Assembly: GCA_965242725.1 (NCBI GenBank)
Contig: CBDESZ010000016.1
Coordinates: 1 to 64,000 of the forward strand
DNA length: 64,000 nt
Reading direction: 5' to 3'
DNA from: Alkalispirochaeta sp.
Lineage (GTDB): Bacteria > Spirochaetota > Spirochaetia > DSM-27196 > Alkalispirochaetaceae
The position numbers and the translations under genes were made by a program. Below are positions 33,363 through 41,506 of this stretch, piece by piece (the first letter of the stretch is position 1; every line of letters begins with the position of its first letter). Under the pieces are notes generated by a model. The model ran no database searches. It was not told where the DNA came from and saw nothing but the letters and a program-made list of their open reading frames with translations.

Positions 33363-34208
33363 CTACACGTTTTTCTCGCTACGGAGAGCCAACAGATCTT
33401 CCCGGAAATCCTCGATCATCGATTTTGTATAGATCCGATAGATAAAGCCCCGGTTTTGAAATTCTACGAGCTTGCGAAAATCGCTCTGTCGGGCGCGCCA
33501 CGAAATTCCGTCAGTGAAAAGCAGAAATGTTGTGTCATGGCGTTTTTCATTGACGATTCGATTTATGTCTCCAATGACATCGGTCTGCTTGCTGCCGGTA
33601 GCCCCATATCCCTTTACTTCAATGATTATTTCGGGATTGTCGTTTGACGGAATGGCAAAATCGGCTTTTTCCGTCGAGAGGCCGTTCAGTCCGGAGAACC
33701 GTCCCCGGATCGAATAGACGGGGAATATACGTGTCACAACCTCTTCCACAAAGTCTTCGAGATCACGCCCGCGTTTCTGACCTTTAATGGCGCTTCCCCG
33801 TCCGCCCTTGAGACGTTCGGCGATAATGTCCTTCCATGTATAGGTTCCGGATACCGTCTCGGAAATACGTTGCCGTATCAAGAGATGGTCCAGCGTCTTT
33901 ACATAACCTTCCGGATCTTTGAGAAACCGTTTGTTTCCACTCCCCCCGTCCCCGAGTTCCTCAAACAGGCCGCGAATGACACCGTTGTATTCGTCCTTGG
34001 ACATCTCCAGAAAGAGCCGGATTATAGTCGATGCGGCTTCAAAGTCCAGGCGCAAAAGCTCGATCAACTGCTGATCGTCAATGTCCGGAGAGTCTCCGAT
34101 ATTCTCCAGAACCGCCAGGACCCGTCGGGAAAAATCGTCTTTCCAGTCCGTTTCAAGAATAGACAATGAAGATAGAAGCTCATCGGTATTCTGGGTAACT
34201 TTTTTCAA
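33363..34208 (-). CDS. DpnII-like type II restriction endonuclease
   Basis: KADF...IIIEVKGYGATGSKQ and FTDGISW motifs; lies directly downstream of an MTase. Confidence 0.75.
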   Translation of the reverse strand: MKKVTQNTDELLSSLSILETDWKDDFSRRVLAVLENIGDSPDIDDQQLIELLRLDFEAASTIIRLFLEMSKDEYNGVIRGLFEELGDGGSGNKRFLKDPEGYVKTLDHLLIRQRISETVSGTYTWKDIIAERLKGGRGSAIKGQKRGRDLEDFVEEVVTRIFPVYSIRGRFSGLNGLSTEKADFAIPSNDNPEIIIEVKGYGATGSKQTDVIGDINRIVNEKRHDTTFLLFTDGISWRARQSDFRKLVEFQNRGFIYRIYTKSMIEDFREDLLALRSEKNV

Positions 34209-34210
34209 CG

Positions 34211-35299
34211 TTACGTCCCCACAATAAGGTATTCGTCTACCACGGCACGTTTTACGGCGTTGTGTGTACCGAAATGATACCGATGCGGACGCCGATAGAC
34301 TTCGACTCGTCTCTTGTACTGCCCCAGCATCGATTCCAGTACATCCAATGAAGGATACCCGTTTGACGAATAGGATAGAACAATCTTGCTGTCGGTAAAT
34401 TTCCCAAACAGTCGTTGAAAGGCTTCTTCGGCAGTCCTGCGGTAGGAGAAGGGAGTATATTTCTTTTTTATCTTATGCACCTTCGTGTGATAGAGAATTT
34501 CCTCACCTGCCCAGTATTTGGAAAGTCCTTCCAGAAAGTGGTAGCGTTTCACGTAACAGTTATCGTCCGATCTGGGGACGTACGGCGGATCGAGGTATAC
34601 CAGGTCGGGGCGATAAAAGTGTTCATCAAAATCGAAGATATCCATGTTGAACGACAGATGTTCGGCACCGTTTGCAAAGACCGCAGAATTGTAGTGATTA
34701 ATCTGCTCAAGAAAGTGCTCCCTGAGGGAAAGTCTCATATCCCTGCGACCATCGTCGTAACGACTCGTATCACCGGATATGGTAAACACTCCCCGGGGCT
34801 GTTTCTTGACGCTGCTCCGTATCAGCGCCGCCATTGCCAGGGCCCGAAGATACTCATTATCCAGCTTCCTTATATTATGGGATACGAGATCGAGGAACTG
34901 CAGATCCTCCGGAGAGAAGAAAATCCCTTCAAAGGTAGACCGGATAAAATCGGGCGCCGACGGATCGTTTTCAACAAGGATTTCCAGGTCTTCCGGCGCT
35001 ATCCGATTTGTATCATTTTCGATGATTGCCTTGGTAAGAATGTGTGAAAAATGCAGAAAGTCATTGGTCAGGACGCGTTTTCCCATTGCCTTGCAGAGAT
35101 ACGCGACCGCACCGGACCCGCTAAAGGCATCAAGAATGGTGTGGAATTCCAGGTCCTGCAGAACTTCGGATATCCATGGCAACAATCGGTTCTTGCTTCC
35201 CATATATCGAATCAAAGGAAAAGCATCGATGCGTTGTTGAATGGTTTGCTGCGTTTCAGGATCGGCCGGATTGGCGAGCAATTCCACTGGGATATCCAT
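34211..35299 (-). CDS. D12-class N6-adenine DNA methyltransferase
   Basis: RYMGSK, DAFSGSG (motif I), VYLDPPY (motif IV). Confidence 0.92.
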   Translation of the reverse strand: MDIPVELLANPADPETQQTIQQRIDAFPLIRYMGSKNRLLPWISEVLQDLEFHTILDAFSGSGAVAYLCKAMGKRVLTNDFLHFSHILTKAIIENDTNRIAPEDLEILVENDPSAPDFIRSTFEGIFFSPEDLQFLDLVSHNIRKLDNEYLRALAMAALIRSSVKKQPRGVFTISGDTSRYDDGRRDMRLSLREHFLEQINHYNSAVFANGAEHLSFNMDIFDFDEHFYRPDLVYLDPPYVPRSDDNCYVKRYHFLEGLSKYWAGEEILYHTKVHKIKKKYTPFSYRRTAEEAFQRLFGKFTDSKIVLSYSSNGYPSLDVLESMLGQYKRRVEVYRRPHRYHFGTHNAVKRAVVDEYLIVGT

Positions 35300-35422
35300 C
35301 ACACAAGTATATGCCACCACCTGGTCCGGGTAAACCGTGGGAAGTTTAGCTCAAAGAATGATTTGGGAAACACGATAGCCAGAGGGTCGATTCCAGTGAA
35401 ACCCGGCCGCGTCCCCTCCCCA

Positions 35423-36007
35423 TCACCCCACCGTCTCCAAAAACTCCCCCGCATACCTGGACGAATACGGCGCCGAAGAATGCTCAAGATACATCCACCG
35501 GAGATTCACAATCTGGCGGATATGGAAGAAGTCATGGGCAACCCACGCCGCAACGATATCACCCGCCCGGAGCGCCTGCGTCCCCGGGGCGGGATTCCGG
35601 TGCAGCACATCGGGATCGAAGTTGTCCACCCTTCCCAGCCATTCCAGAGAGGCGGCGCGCTCACGATTGAAGACCTGCACCACGCCGCTCAAATCGAGCT
35701 CCCTCCCCGGCGCATCCTCCGGCCCAAAGGGCCACTCAAACGACGGAAACGGATCGTCCGGATTCCGCAGCACCGAGGAAAGGCGGGCGCGGAAATCATC
35801 GCATTCCTCAACAACCAGGTGGCGGACGATCTGAAGCAGCGACCACCGCTCCTCCGCCGACCATCGACGGACCACATCCGACGCACCGCCCGCCGCATCG
35901 GAAGCAACGCCGCTCCACGCAGCCTCCTCCGGTTGCACCCCCTCAAGGAGCCCGACAATGGCCGCGCCGTTCGCCTCCAGTCGCAATCGCAACTCATCAA
36001 TATTCAT
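35423..36007 (-). CDS. DinB/DUF664-like four-helix protein
   Basis: WSLLQIVRHL and WVAHDFFHIRQI histidine motifs. Confidence 0.85.
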   Translation of the reverse strand: MNIDELRLRLEANGAAIVGLLEGVQPEEAAWSGVASDAAGGASDVVRRWSAEERWSLLQIVRHLVVEECDDFRARLSSVLRNPDDPFPSFEWPFGPEDAPGRELDLSGVVQVFNRERAASLEWLGRVDNFDPDVLHRNPAPGTQALRAGDIVAAWVAHDFFHIRQIVNLRWMYLEHSSAPYSSRYAGEFLETVG

Positions 36008-36052
36008 GCATCACAGCATATCAGCCGTTCCGGCATTCCGGAAAATATAATT

Positions 36053-36076
36053 GAACCATCCGGTTCCGCTGAGCGG
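36053..36076 (+). repeat. Dispersed structured repeat, copy 4 of 4 (core only)
   Basis: Identical 24-nt core preceded by CGGAAAATATAATT; the CACCCGGATCG arm is absent. Confidence 0.85.
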
Positions 36077-36128
36077 ACACCCCTCATCACCCCTTTCTAT
36101 CGCCTCCCGGGGCGAGTATTCTACGGGC

Positions 36129-36539
36129 ATGGACCCCGACGCGCTGGCCCAGGCACTGAAGAATGTCTCAACCTATGACGTCGCCCGCTCCGGCGGACCG
36201 GGCGGGCAAAATGTGAACAAGCTCAACACAAAGGTGGTTCTTCGTGTGCCGGTGGGCCAGCTCCCCCTCTCGGAAGCAGAAGCGGCAAGAATCCGCCGCG
36301 TCCTGGAAAACCGGATCAACCGTGAGGACGAGCTGGTCATTCACTCCTCGGAAACTCGCAGTCAGACGGAGAACAGAACGCGGGCGGAAGAGCGCGCCTT
36401 GGGGCTGCTCCTTGAAGCGGCCACACCGCCCAAACGGCGCAAGCGCACACGCCCGTCCAAAGCGGCCCGGGAACGGCGCATCATCGCCAAGAAACAACGA
36501 GGCGAAACAAAGCGATTCCGGCGGGATCCGGAGGGGTAG
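36129..36539 (+). CDS. arfB: Alternative ribosome rescue peptidyl-tRNA hydrolase
   Basis: RSGGPGGQNVNK (GGQ motif), RSQxENR, basic C-terminal tail. Confidence 0.93.
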   Translation: MDPDALAQALKNVSTYDVARSGGPGGQNVNKLNTKVVLRVPVGQLPLSEAEAARIRRVLENRINREDELVIHSSETRSQTENRTRAEERALGLLLEAATPPKRRKRTRPSKAARERRIIAKKQRGETKRFRRDPEG

Positions 36540-36734
36540 GAGGAGTGGGTGGATTGATGGTGTTTCGTTGTAGTAGAATCCGTGTCGTGGGATGTTCTTT
36601 CGACGGAAACGTGACTCTCATGTTGGTCGCGGCGCGGTTTCCGGACATCGCCGTTACTTCCTGGGCGACTCGTCGGTGCCTCAATACCGATCTCCTCAAA
36701 GACTAAAAGTAACCGTCTCTATGAGTGCAGGATG

Positions 36735-37823
36735 TCAAGCAGCGAAGTCGAAGTTCTTGAATCGTTCGAAGTCGCGCTTCTTTCGCCGAAACGAGCTCTC
36801 TCTTGGAAACCGACTGGCCTCACCATTCTTCAACATATAGAAGATCGTTCCGATCGTTCTTCCTACAACTGCGACACGGATCTTCTTGCGGGACTTCCCC
36901 AAGGATCGAGCGACAAATCGATCGAGTAGCGGATTGCCGTCCACTAAGTGATGAGAGGCTTCCAACAACAGGGTAAATGTGAGTCGTCGTCCTCGCTTGT
37001 TGATACCGCCAATATGGGTGCGTTCATTTGACGAATCGACTCGAGGTGCGGCCCGGAGATAACTTACGAGATGTCTCCTTGTACGAAAACGTCGGATATC
37101 GACGATGTCCGACATGATGCAGACGCTGCCGAACACGCTTATCCCATGGATCGTCATTAGTACTTGGACTTCCTGAGAATATCGGATGACGCCAAGAGCT
37201 GTGATTCGGTCTCGAGTTGCCTCAAAGTCCGCGTCGATCAATTCGTACTCCCTCAGAAGTTGACGGATCATAAACCGGTCGGAGTCGCGGAAGCTGGGGT
37301 TCGCAAAAACCTCATCGGGGCTTGTCATCAGATCTTGACGACTGATTTGAATCATTCGCTGGCGACATACTGCGAATATTCGATTGCGAATCCGGTTCCG
37401 GGAGGTCGTCAGATACTGGTAGTGCGTGACAAGTACTCGGAGTTCCTGTGTCTTTTCGTCCGGAACAAAGACTTCAGGAAAATGGTCGTCCTTATCGTCG
37501 TTTTCAAGATGGCGTTTGAGTGCGTTAGCAAGTTTCCTGGCATCAACACGATCGGTCTTTTTCACGCCGCCCCATATCAGGCGCATATCCATCGGATTCA
37601 CGACAAAGACCCGCGCTCCCGTTGCCCGAACCAATCCAGCGAAAAAGAACGCCCCGCTGCCCGCCTCAACGCAAACGGCAGCATCTGCATTCAAGTCGTC
37701 GAGGAAACGATCGATACTATCCAGCGGGTATCGTCGATTCTGCCGCTCGATGCCGTTCATCCCTTCTCGAATCAGGTGGACCGTGATTTGCGTCGAATGC
37801 TGATCAACACCAACATAGACCAT
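36735..37823 (-). CDS. IS110-family DEDD recombinase/transposase
   Basis: YVGVDQH, VCVEAG and KTDRVDA (DEDD); C-terminal PRVDSS serine motif; AGGAGG SD. Confidence 0.95.
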   Translation of the reverse strand: MVYVGVDQHSTQITVHLIREGMNGIERQNRRYPLDSIDRFLDDLNADAAVCVEAGSGAFFFAGLVRATGARVFVVNPMDMRLIWGGVKKTDRVDARKLANALKRHLENDDKDDHFPEVFVPDEKTQELRVLVTHYQYLTTSRNRIRNRIFAVCRQRMIQISRQDLMTSPDEVFANPSFRDSDRFMIRQLLREYELIDADFEATRDRITALGVIRYSQEVQVLMTIHGISVFGSVCIMSDIVDIRRFRTRRHLVSYLRAAPRVDSSNERTHIGGINKRGRRLTFTLLLEASHHLVDGNPLLDRFVARSLGKSRKKIRVAVVGRTIGTIFYMLKNGEASRFPRESSFRRKKRDFERFKNFDFAA

Positions 37824-37839
37824 ACTGCAACCTCCTCAG

Positions 37840-38075
37840 AAAAATTTGAGAGAAGGACGGTCCTGATCGAGTGCGTCTCATGCCTCTATGCGAGCTACCG
37901 CCATCCGCTTACACGGCGGGCCCAGGAGATCGTACGAAGAAGGCTGACTAGTCCAATTAACGGGCTTGTGATTTTCCGATGAGAATCACCCCCAACGGTT
38001 ACTTCAGCCTTCGTCAATCCGTCACCTCTCAGGACCGACGGTACCTTCTCTCGTACGACCTCTCAAGGCCGCCGG
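37840..38075 (-). ncRNA. Predicted bridge/seek RNA of the IS110 element
   Basis: Non-coding, with nested stems; an internal loop carries GUAACCGU and AAUUGGAC, which match the two halves of the insertion target. RNA ends are inferred. Confidence 0.85.
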
Positions 38076-38159
38076 CACTCATGATGTCCAATTTTCCCGC
38101 ACCTTACGATCAGCACCGGAGTGAATCATACTGCTGACTTTCAAAAGGAGGGCATCGGT

Positions 38160-38471
38160 ATGACAGCGAATAATCAGTCTGAAGAGCGCCGGGAAATGGT
38201 GCGCCAGTTTCATGAAAGCGGGATGACTCAAAAGGACTTTGCCGCGTTTTATGGAGTCACGCGGAGCACCTTGGGATATTGGGTGCGACGGCTTCGGGAG
38301 AACGAGCAATCGACGGAAACGACCTCGTTCGTCCCCGTCGGAGCGATTATGTCTCCCACACGTTCAACGGCACTTCGCGTCATCATCCGTTCCGGTGTAA
38401 CGGTAGAATTGGATCTTCCCGCGTCTGAAGAAACGATACGAATGGTGTTGAAGGCGGCCCAGTCGATATGA
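38160..38471 (+). CDS. tnpA: IS66 accessory HTH protein
   Basis: SGMTQKDFAAFYGVTRSTLGYWVRRL, then SFVPV. Confidence 0.9.
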   Translation: MTANNQSEERREMVRQFHESGMTQKDFAAFYGVTRSTLGYWVRRLRENEQSTETTSFVPVGAIMSPTRSTALRVIIRSGVTVELDLPASEETIRMVLKAAQSI

Positions 38472-38818
38472 TCGGTCCGGATTTCTCGCAGATAGCGATT
38501 TATGTCCGACCCGGCATCACGGACATGCGGAAAGCTATAAATGGTCTTGCGATCATCGCGACCGAGCAGATGAACAAAGACCCATTGTCCGGAGCACTGT
38601 TCCTGTTCTGCAACCGCTACCGAAGAATTATGAAGGCCCTTTATTGGGACAAGAACGGGTTCTGTCTTTGGCAGAAGAAACTCGAAAAGCACCGCTTCCC
38701 GTGGCCGCAAACTGAAGAGGCTGCTCGGAGCATCACCGCCGGAGAACTCCGGATGCTTCTCGAGGGTATCGACTTCTGGCATGTCCACGAGTCGTTACCG
38801 TATCGTTCGGTCTCCTAA
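38468..38818 (+). CDS. tnpB: IS66 accessory protein
   Basis: TDMRKAINGL, LFLFCNR, LYWDKNGFCLWQKKLE. Confidence 0.95.
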   Translation: MIGPDFSQIAIYVRPGITDMRKAINGLAIIATEQMNKDPLSGALFLFCNRYRRIMKALYWDKNGFCLWQKKLEKHRFPWPQTEEAARSITAGELRMLLEGIDFWHVHESLPYRSVS

Positions 38819-39206
38819 GGCTATACACACAAATTCCAGCATGCTAGAATTCTGGCCATGGCGTTGGCCGATACGGTGCTGGAACAGCTTGATCCTCAAG
38901 TCCGATCCTACATCGAAGATCTCGAGAAACAGTCCGCATCACTGGCACGTGAAAATGAACACTTATCCCAGGAGAAAGAAGCCCTTTCCAACGAGGTGCA
39001 GTCTCTTGTGTACACCGGCCCAAAACGGACACGTATTCCGGTGGAAAGCGGACAGTGATTCCGGCGTAATCCGGACACCGATTCCGGCGGAAAACGGACA
39101 GTTTTTCCGGAGCGCCGGAATCGATTCAGCCTGACAGAAGAGATCCTCGATCAATACGGGCACTCCCGGCAAACTGGTGGGTAACATCATTGTGAGGGAG
39201 TACGGA

Positions 39207-40754
39207 ATGCCGAGAGAGAGGATACCTGTGAAACACATGCGCAAATTGCTTGCGCTCACCTACGAGAGCAAACTGGGGCTTCGGGACGTATCGCGACTCA
39301 CCGGAGTATCGAAGACGACGATCAGTGAATACCTGGTGCGATTCAGACGCACCGGAATCAGCTTTGAGAAGAGCCTTGAGCTCACCGATGACGAACTGCT
39401 TGGCCTGTTCGAAGAGAAAAAGCAGGAAGAAAGCGAGCAGTACACGCAGGTGATGGCGCTCTTCCCGGAATACGCAAAACGGTTAAAGCGCCGGGGAATG
39501 ACCAAGCAGCTGTTGTGGGAGGAGTACCGGACGCAGCACCCCGACGGGTATCGCTACAGCCAGTTCTGTCACCACTTTGGCATGTTCCTGGAATCCGGCG
39601 AGGTCACCATGCGGCAACCTCACGAACCGGGAGACATGGCCTACATCGATTACGCCGGTGAGACCTTCCCGTACTATCGAGACGGCGAAGAACAGCAGGC
39701 AGAGGTATTCGTTGCGGTACTCGGAGCAAGCCAACTCGCGTATGTCGAAGCTGACGAGAGCCAGAAACAGGAAGCGTTTCTCCGTTCAACCGAGCGGGCG
39801 TTGCGCTATTTCGACGGAGTTCCCCGCGCTCTGGTACCGGATAATCTGAAGGCGGCCGTGCTCAAGGCAAGCAAATACGAACCGGAAATCAATCCGCTGT
39901 TCGACGATTTTGCCGAGTATTACCGAACGACGGTTATTCCCGCCAGGGCATACAAACCAAAAGACAAGGCCCTGGCGGAGAACACCGTCAAATTAACCTA
40001 CCAGCGGATTTTCGCCCCGCTGTACGGCAGGACGTTCCATTCGTTGGCTGAGCTCAACCAGGCCATCGCCGAACGCCTTGAGACCCACAATACTCGAGAA
40101 TTGACCAAGCTGCAAATCTCTCGACGGCAGTTGTTTGAGGAGATCGAACGATCGGCGCTGAAGACGCTGCCCAGCGCGCCGTATCCGATGAAATCCTTCG
40201 AGAACCACAAGGTTGCACCGGACTATCACTTTATCCTGTCGGAAGATAAGCACTACTACTCCGTTCCCTGGCAGTTGAAGGGTGTGCAGGTAAAGGTGAT
40301 CTTCGATGAGCGTATCGTCGCGGTATATCACGACAACGTACGCGTTGCCCAGCACCGGCGCAGCCGGAAAAAAGGGCAGTACACGACAAAAGCCGAGCAC
40401 ATGCCCAAGCACCACCGGTTTTTTCAATCCTGGTCTGCCGAAAAGTTCACCTCCTGGGCCAATTCCATCGGAGAAGAGACGTTCCTGGTGATTTCTCGGC
40501 TCCTGAGCGATAAACCCCATGAGCAACAGGCATACAAGTCCTGTCTTGGGGTGCTGAATATGGCACAGGAAGTCGGTTCAGATCGACTGAACTTGGCCTG
40601 TCGACGAGCCCTTAACTACTCCAGAATCAGCTATCGGGATGTCCGTGGGTATCTGGACGAGATTTTGCGCCAGGAGAAGGATGATCACGAGGATGATCGG
40701 GTACTTCTTTTCACCGACCACAAGAATCTGCGTGATTCGGCAATCTACAAGTAA
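39207..40754 (+). CDS. istA: IS21 transposase
   Basis: AYIDYAG, VPDNLKAAV, PKDKALAE DDE motifs. Confidence 0.95.
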   Translation: MPRERIPVKHMRKLLALTYESKLGLRDVSRLTGVSKTTISEYLVRFRRTGISFEKSLELTDDELLGLFEEKKQEESEQYTQVMALFPEYAKRLKRRGMTKQLLWEEYRTQHPDGYRYSQFCHHFGMFLESGEVTMRQPHEPGDMAYIDYAGETFPYYRDGEEQQAEVFVAVLGASQLAYVEADESQKQEAFLRSTERALRYFDGVPRALVPDNLKAAVLKASKYEPEINPLFDDFAEYYRTTVIPARAYKPKDKALAENTVKLTYQRIFAPLYGRTFHSLAELNQAIAERLETHNTRELTKLQISRRQLFEEIERSALKTLPSAPYPMKSFENHKVAPDYHFILSEDKHYYSVPWQLKGVQVKVIFDERIVAVYHDNVRVAQHRRSRKKGQYTTKAEHMPKHHRFFQSWSAEKFTSWANSIGEETFLVISRLLSDKPHEQQAYKSCLGVLNMAQEVGSDRLNLACRRALNYSRISYRDVRGYLDEILRQEKDDHEDDRVLLFTDHKNLRDSAIYK

Positions 40755-40756
40755 GG

Positions 40757-41506
40757 ATGAGCACCATGAACAATAATCAGGCAACGATCAACAGAATGAC
40801 CGAGATGCGCCTGCATGGAATGGCCCAGGCGTTTCGCACGCTTCAGGAAACCGGAAAAACCATGGATCTCACCATCGACGAGACGATCACGTACCTGATC
40901 GACGCCGAATGGGATGAGAAGCACAACCGACGGCTCGATCGGCTTACCCGGGCTGCCCGGTTCCGCTACCAGGCTGCATTGGAAGATATCGACTACACCC
41001 TGGATCGGAATCTGGACAAGAACCAGATTCTTCGGCTCGCCGACTGCTCGTGGATATCCCGGGGGCAGGATCTTCTCATCACCGGTCCAACCGGTTGTGG
41101 AAAAAGCTTTCTCGGATCAGCCTTCGGGCATCAGGCGTGCCAGCACGGCCATTCCGTGGCGTACTTTTCCGCATCTCGCCTGTTCAACGAAATCGAAGCG
41201 GCCAAGGCGGATGGAACATACCTGAAACATCTGACACGAATCATGAAGAGCGCATTACTGCTCATCGACGACTTCGGCCTGGAGCCGCTCAACCATACCT
41301 CTCGAATGGCTCTCCTTGAAATCCTTGAGGACCGGCACCGACGGAAATCAACAATGATCATCTCTCAGCAACCGGTAGAGAACTGGCATGCCCTCATAGG
41401 CGACCCGACGATCGCCGACGCAATCATGGATCGGCTTGCATTTCATTCTCACCGAATTGAGATCACCGGCGACACGGTGAGGAGGAAACTCTATGCGGTA
41501 GATTGA
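40757..41506 (+). CDS. istB: IS21 helper ATPase
   Basis: GPTGCGKS, LLIDDFG, ADAIMDRL. Confidence 0.95.
   Translation: MSTMNNNQATINRMTEMRLHGMAQAFRTLQETGKTMDLTIDETITYLIDAEWDEKHNRRLDRLTRAARFRYQAALEDIDYTLDRNLDKNQILRLADCSWISRGQDLLITGPTGCGKSFLGSAFGHQACQHGHSVAYFSASRLFNEIEAAKADGTYLKHLTRIMKSALLLIDDFGLEPLNHTSRMALLEILEDRHRRKSTMIISQQPVENWHALIGDPTIADAIMDRLAFHSHRIEITGDTVRRKLYAVD

Larger units (their letters stand above)
36718..38088 (-). mobile_element. IS110-family element inserted in the IS66 left inverted repeat
   Basis: GTC at both junctions (36715-36717, 38086-38088); sub-terminal IRs ATGAGTGC (36721-36728) and GCACTCAT (38075-38082); removal restores an IS66 IR. Confidence 0.92.

Noticed and set aside
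10754..36076. The four-copy repeat as integron attC sites, group II intron domain V, a hammerhead ribozyme or tRNA
   Set aside because: No RYYYAAC/GTTRRRY ends or integrase, no full domain V/VI, no CUGANGA/GAAA core and no TTC-arm cloverleaf. It is kept only as an unclassified element.
39020..39120. 23-bp-period repeats here and at 50922-50998 as mini-CRISPR arrays or iterons
   Set aside because: They lie just inside IS21 left ends ahead of istA, where multiple transposase-binding repeats are expected. There are no unique spacers of CRISPR length and no cas or rep genes.
39984..39996. ACCGTCAAATTAA inside istA, identical to part of the IS66 right IR
   Set aside because: It lacks the terminal GTA and encodes part of the conserved catalytic-Glu helix (ENTVKL); most likely coincidence.
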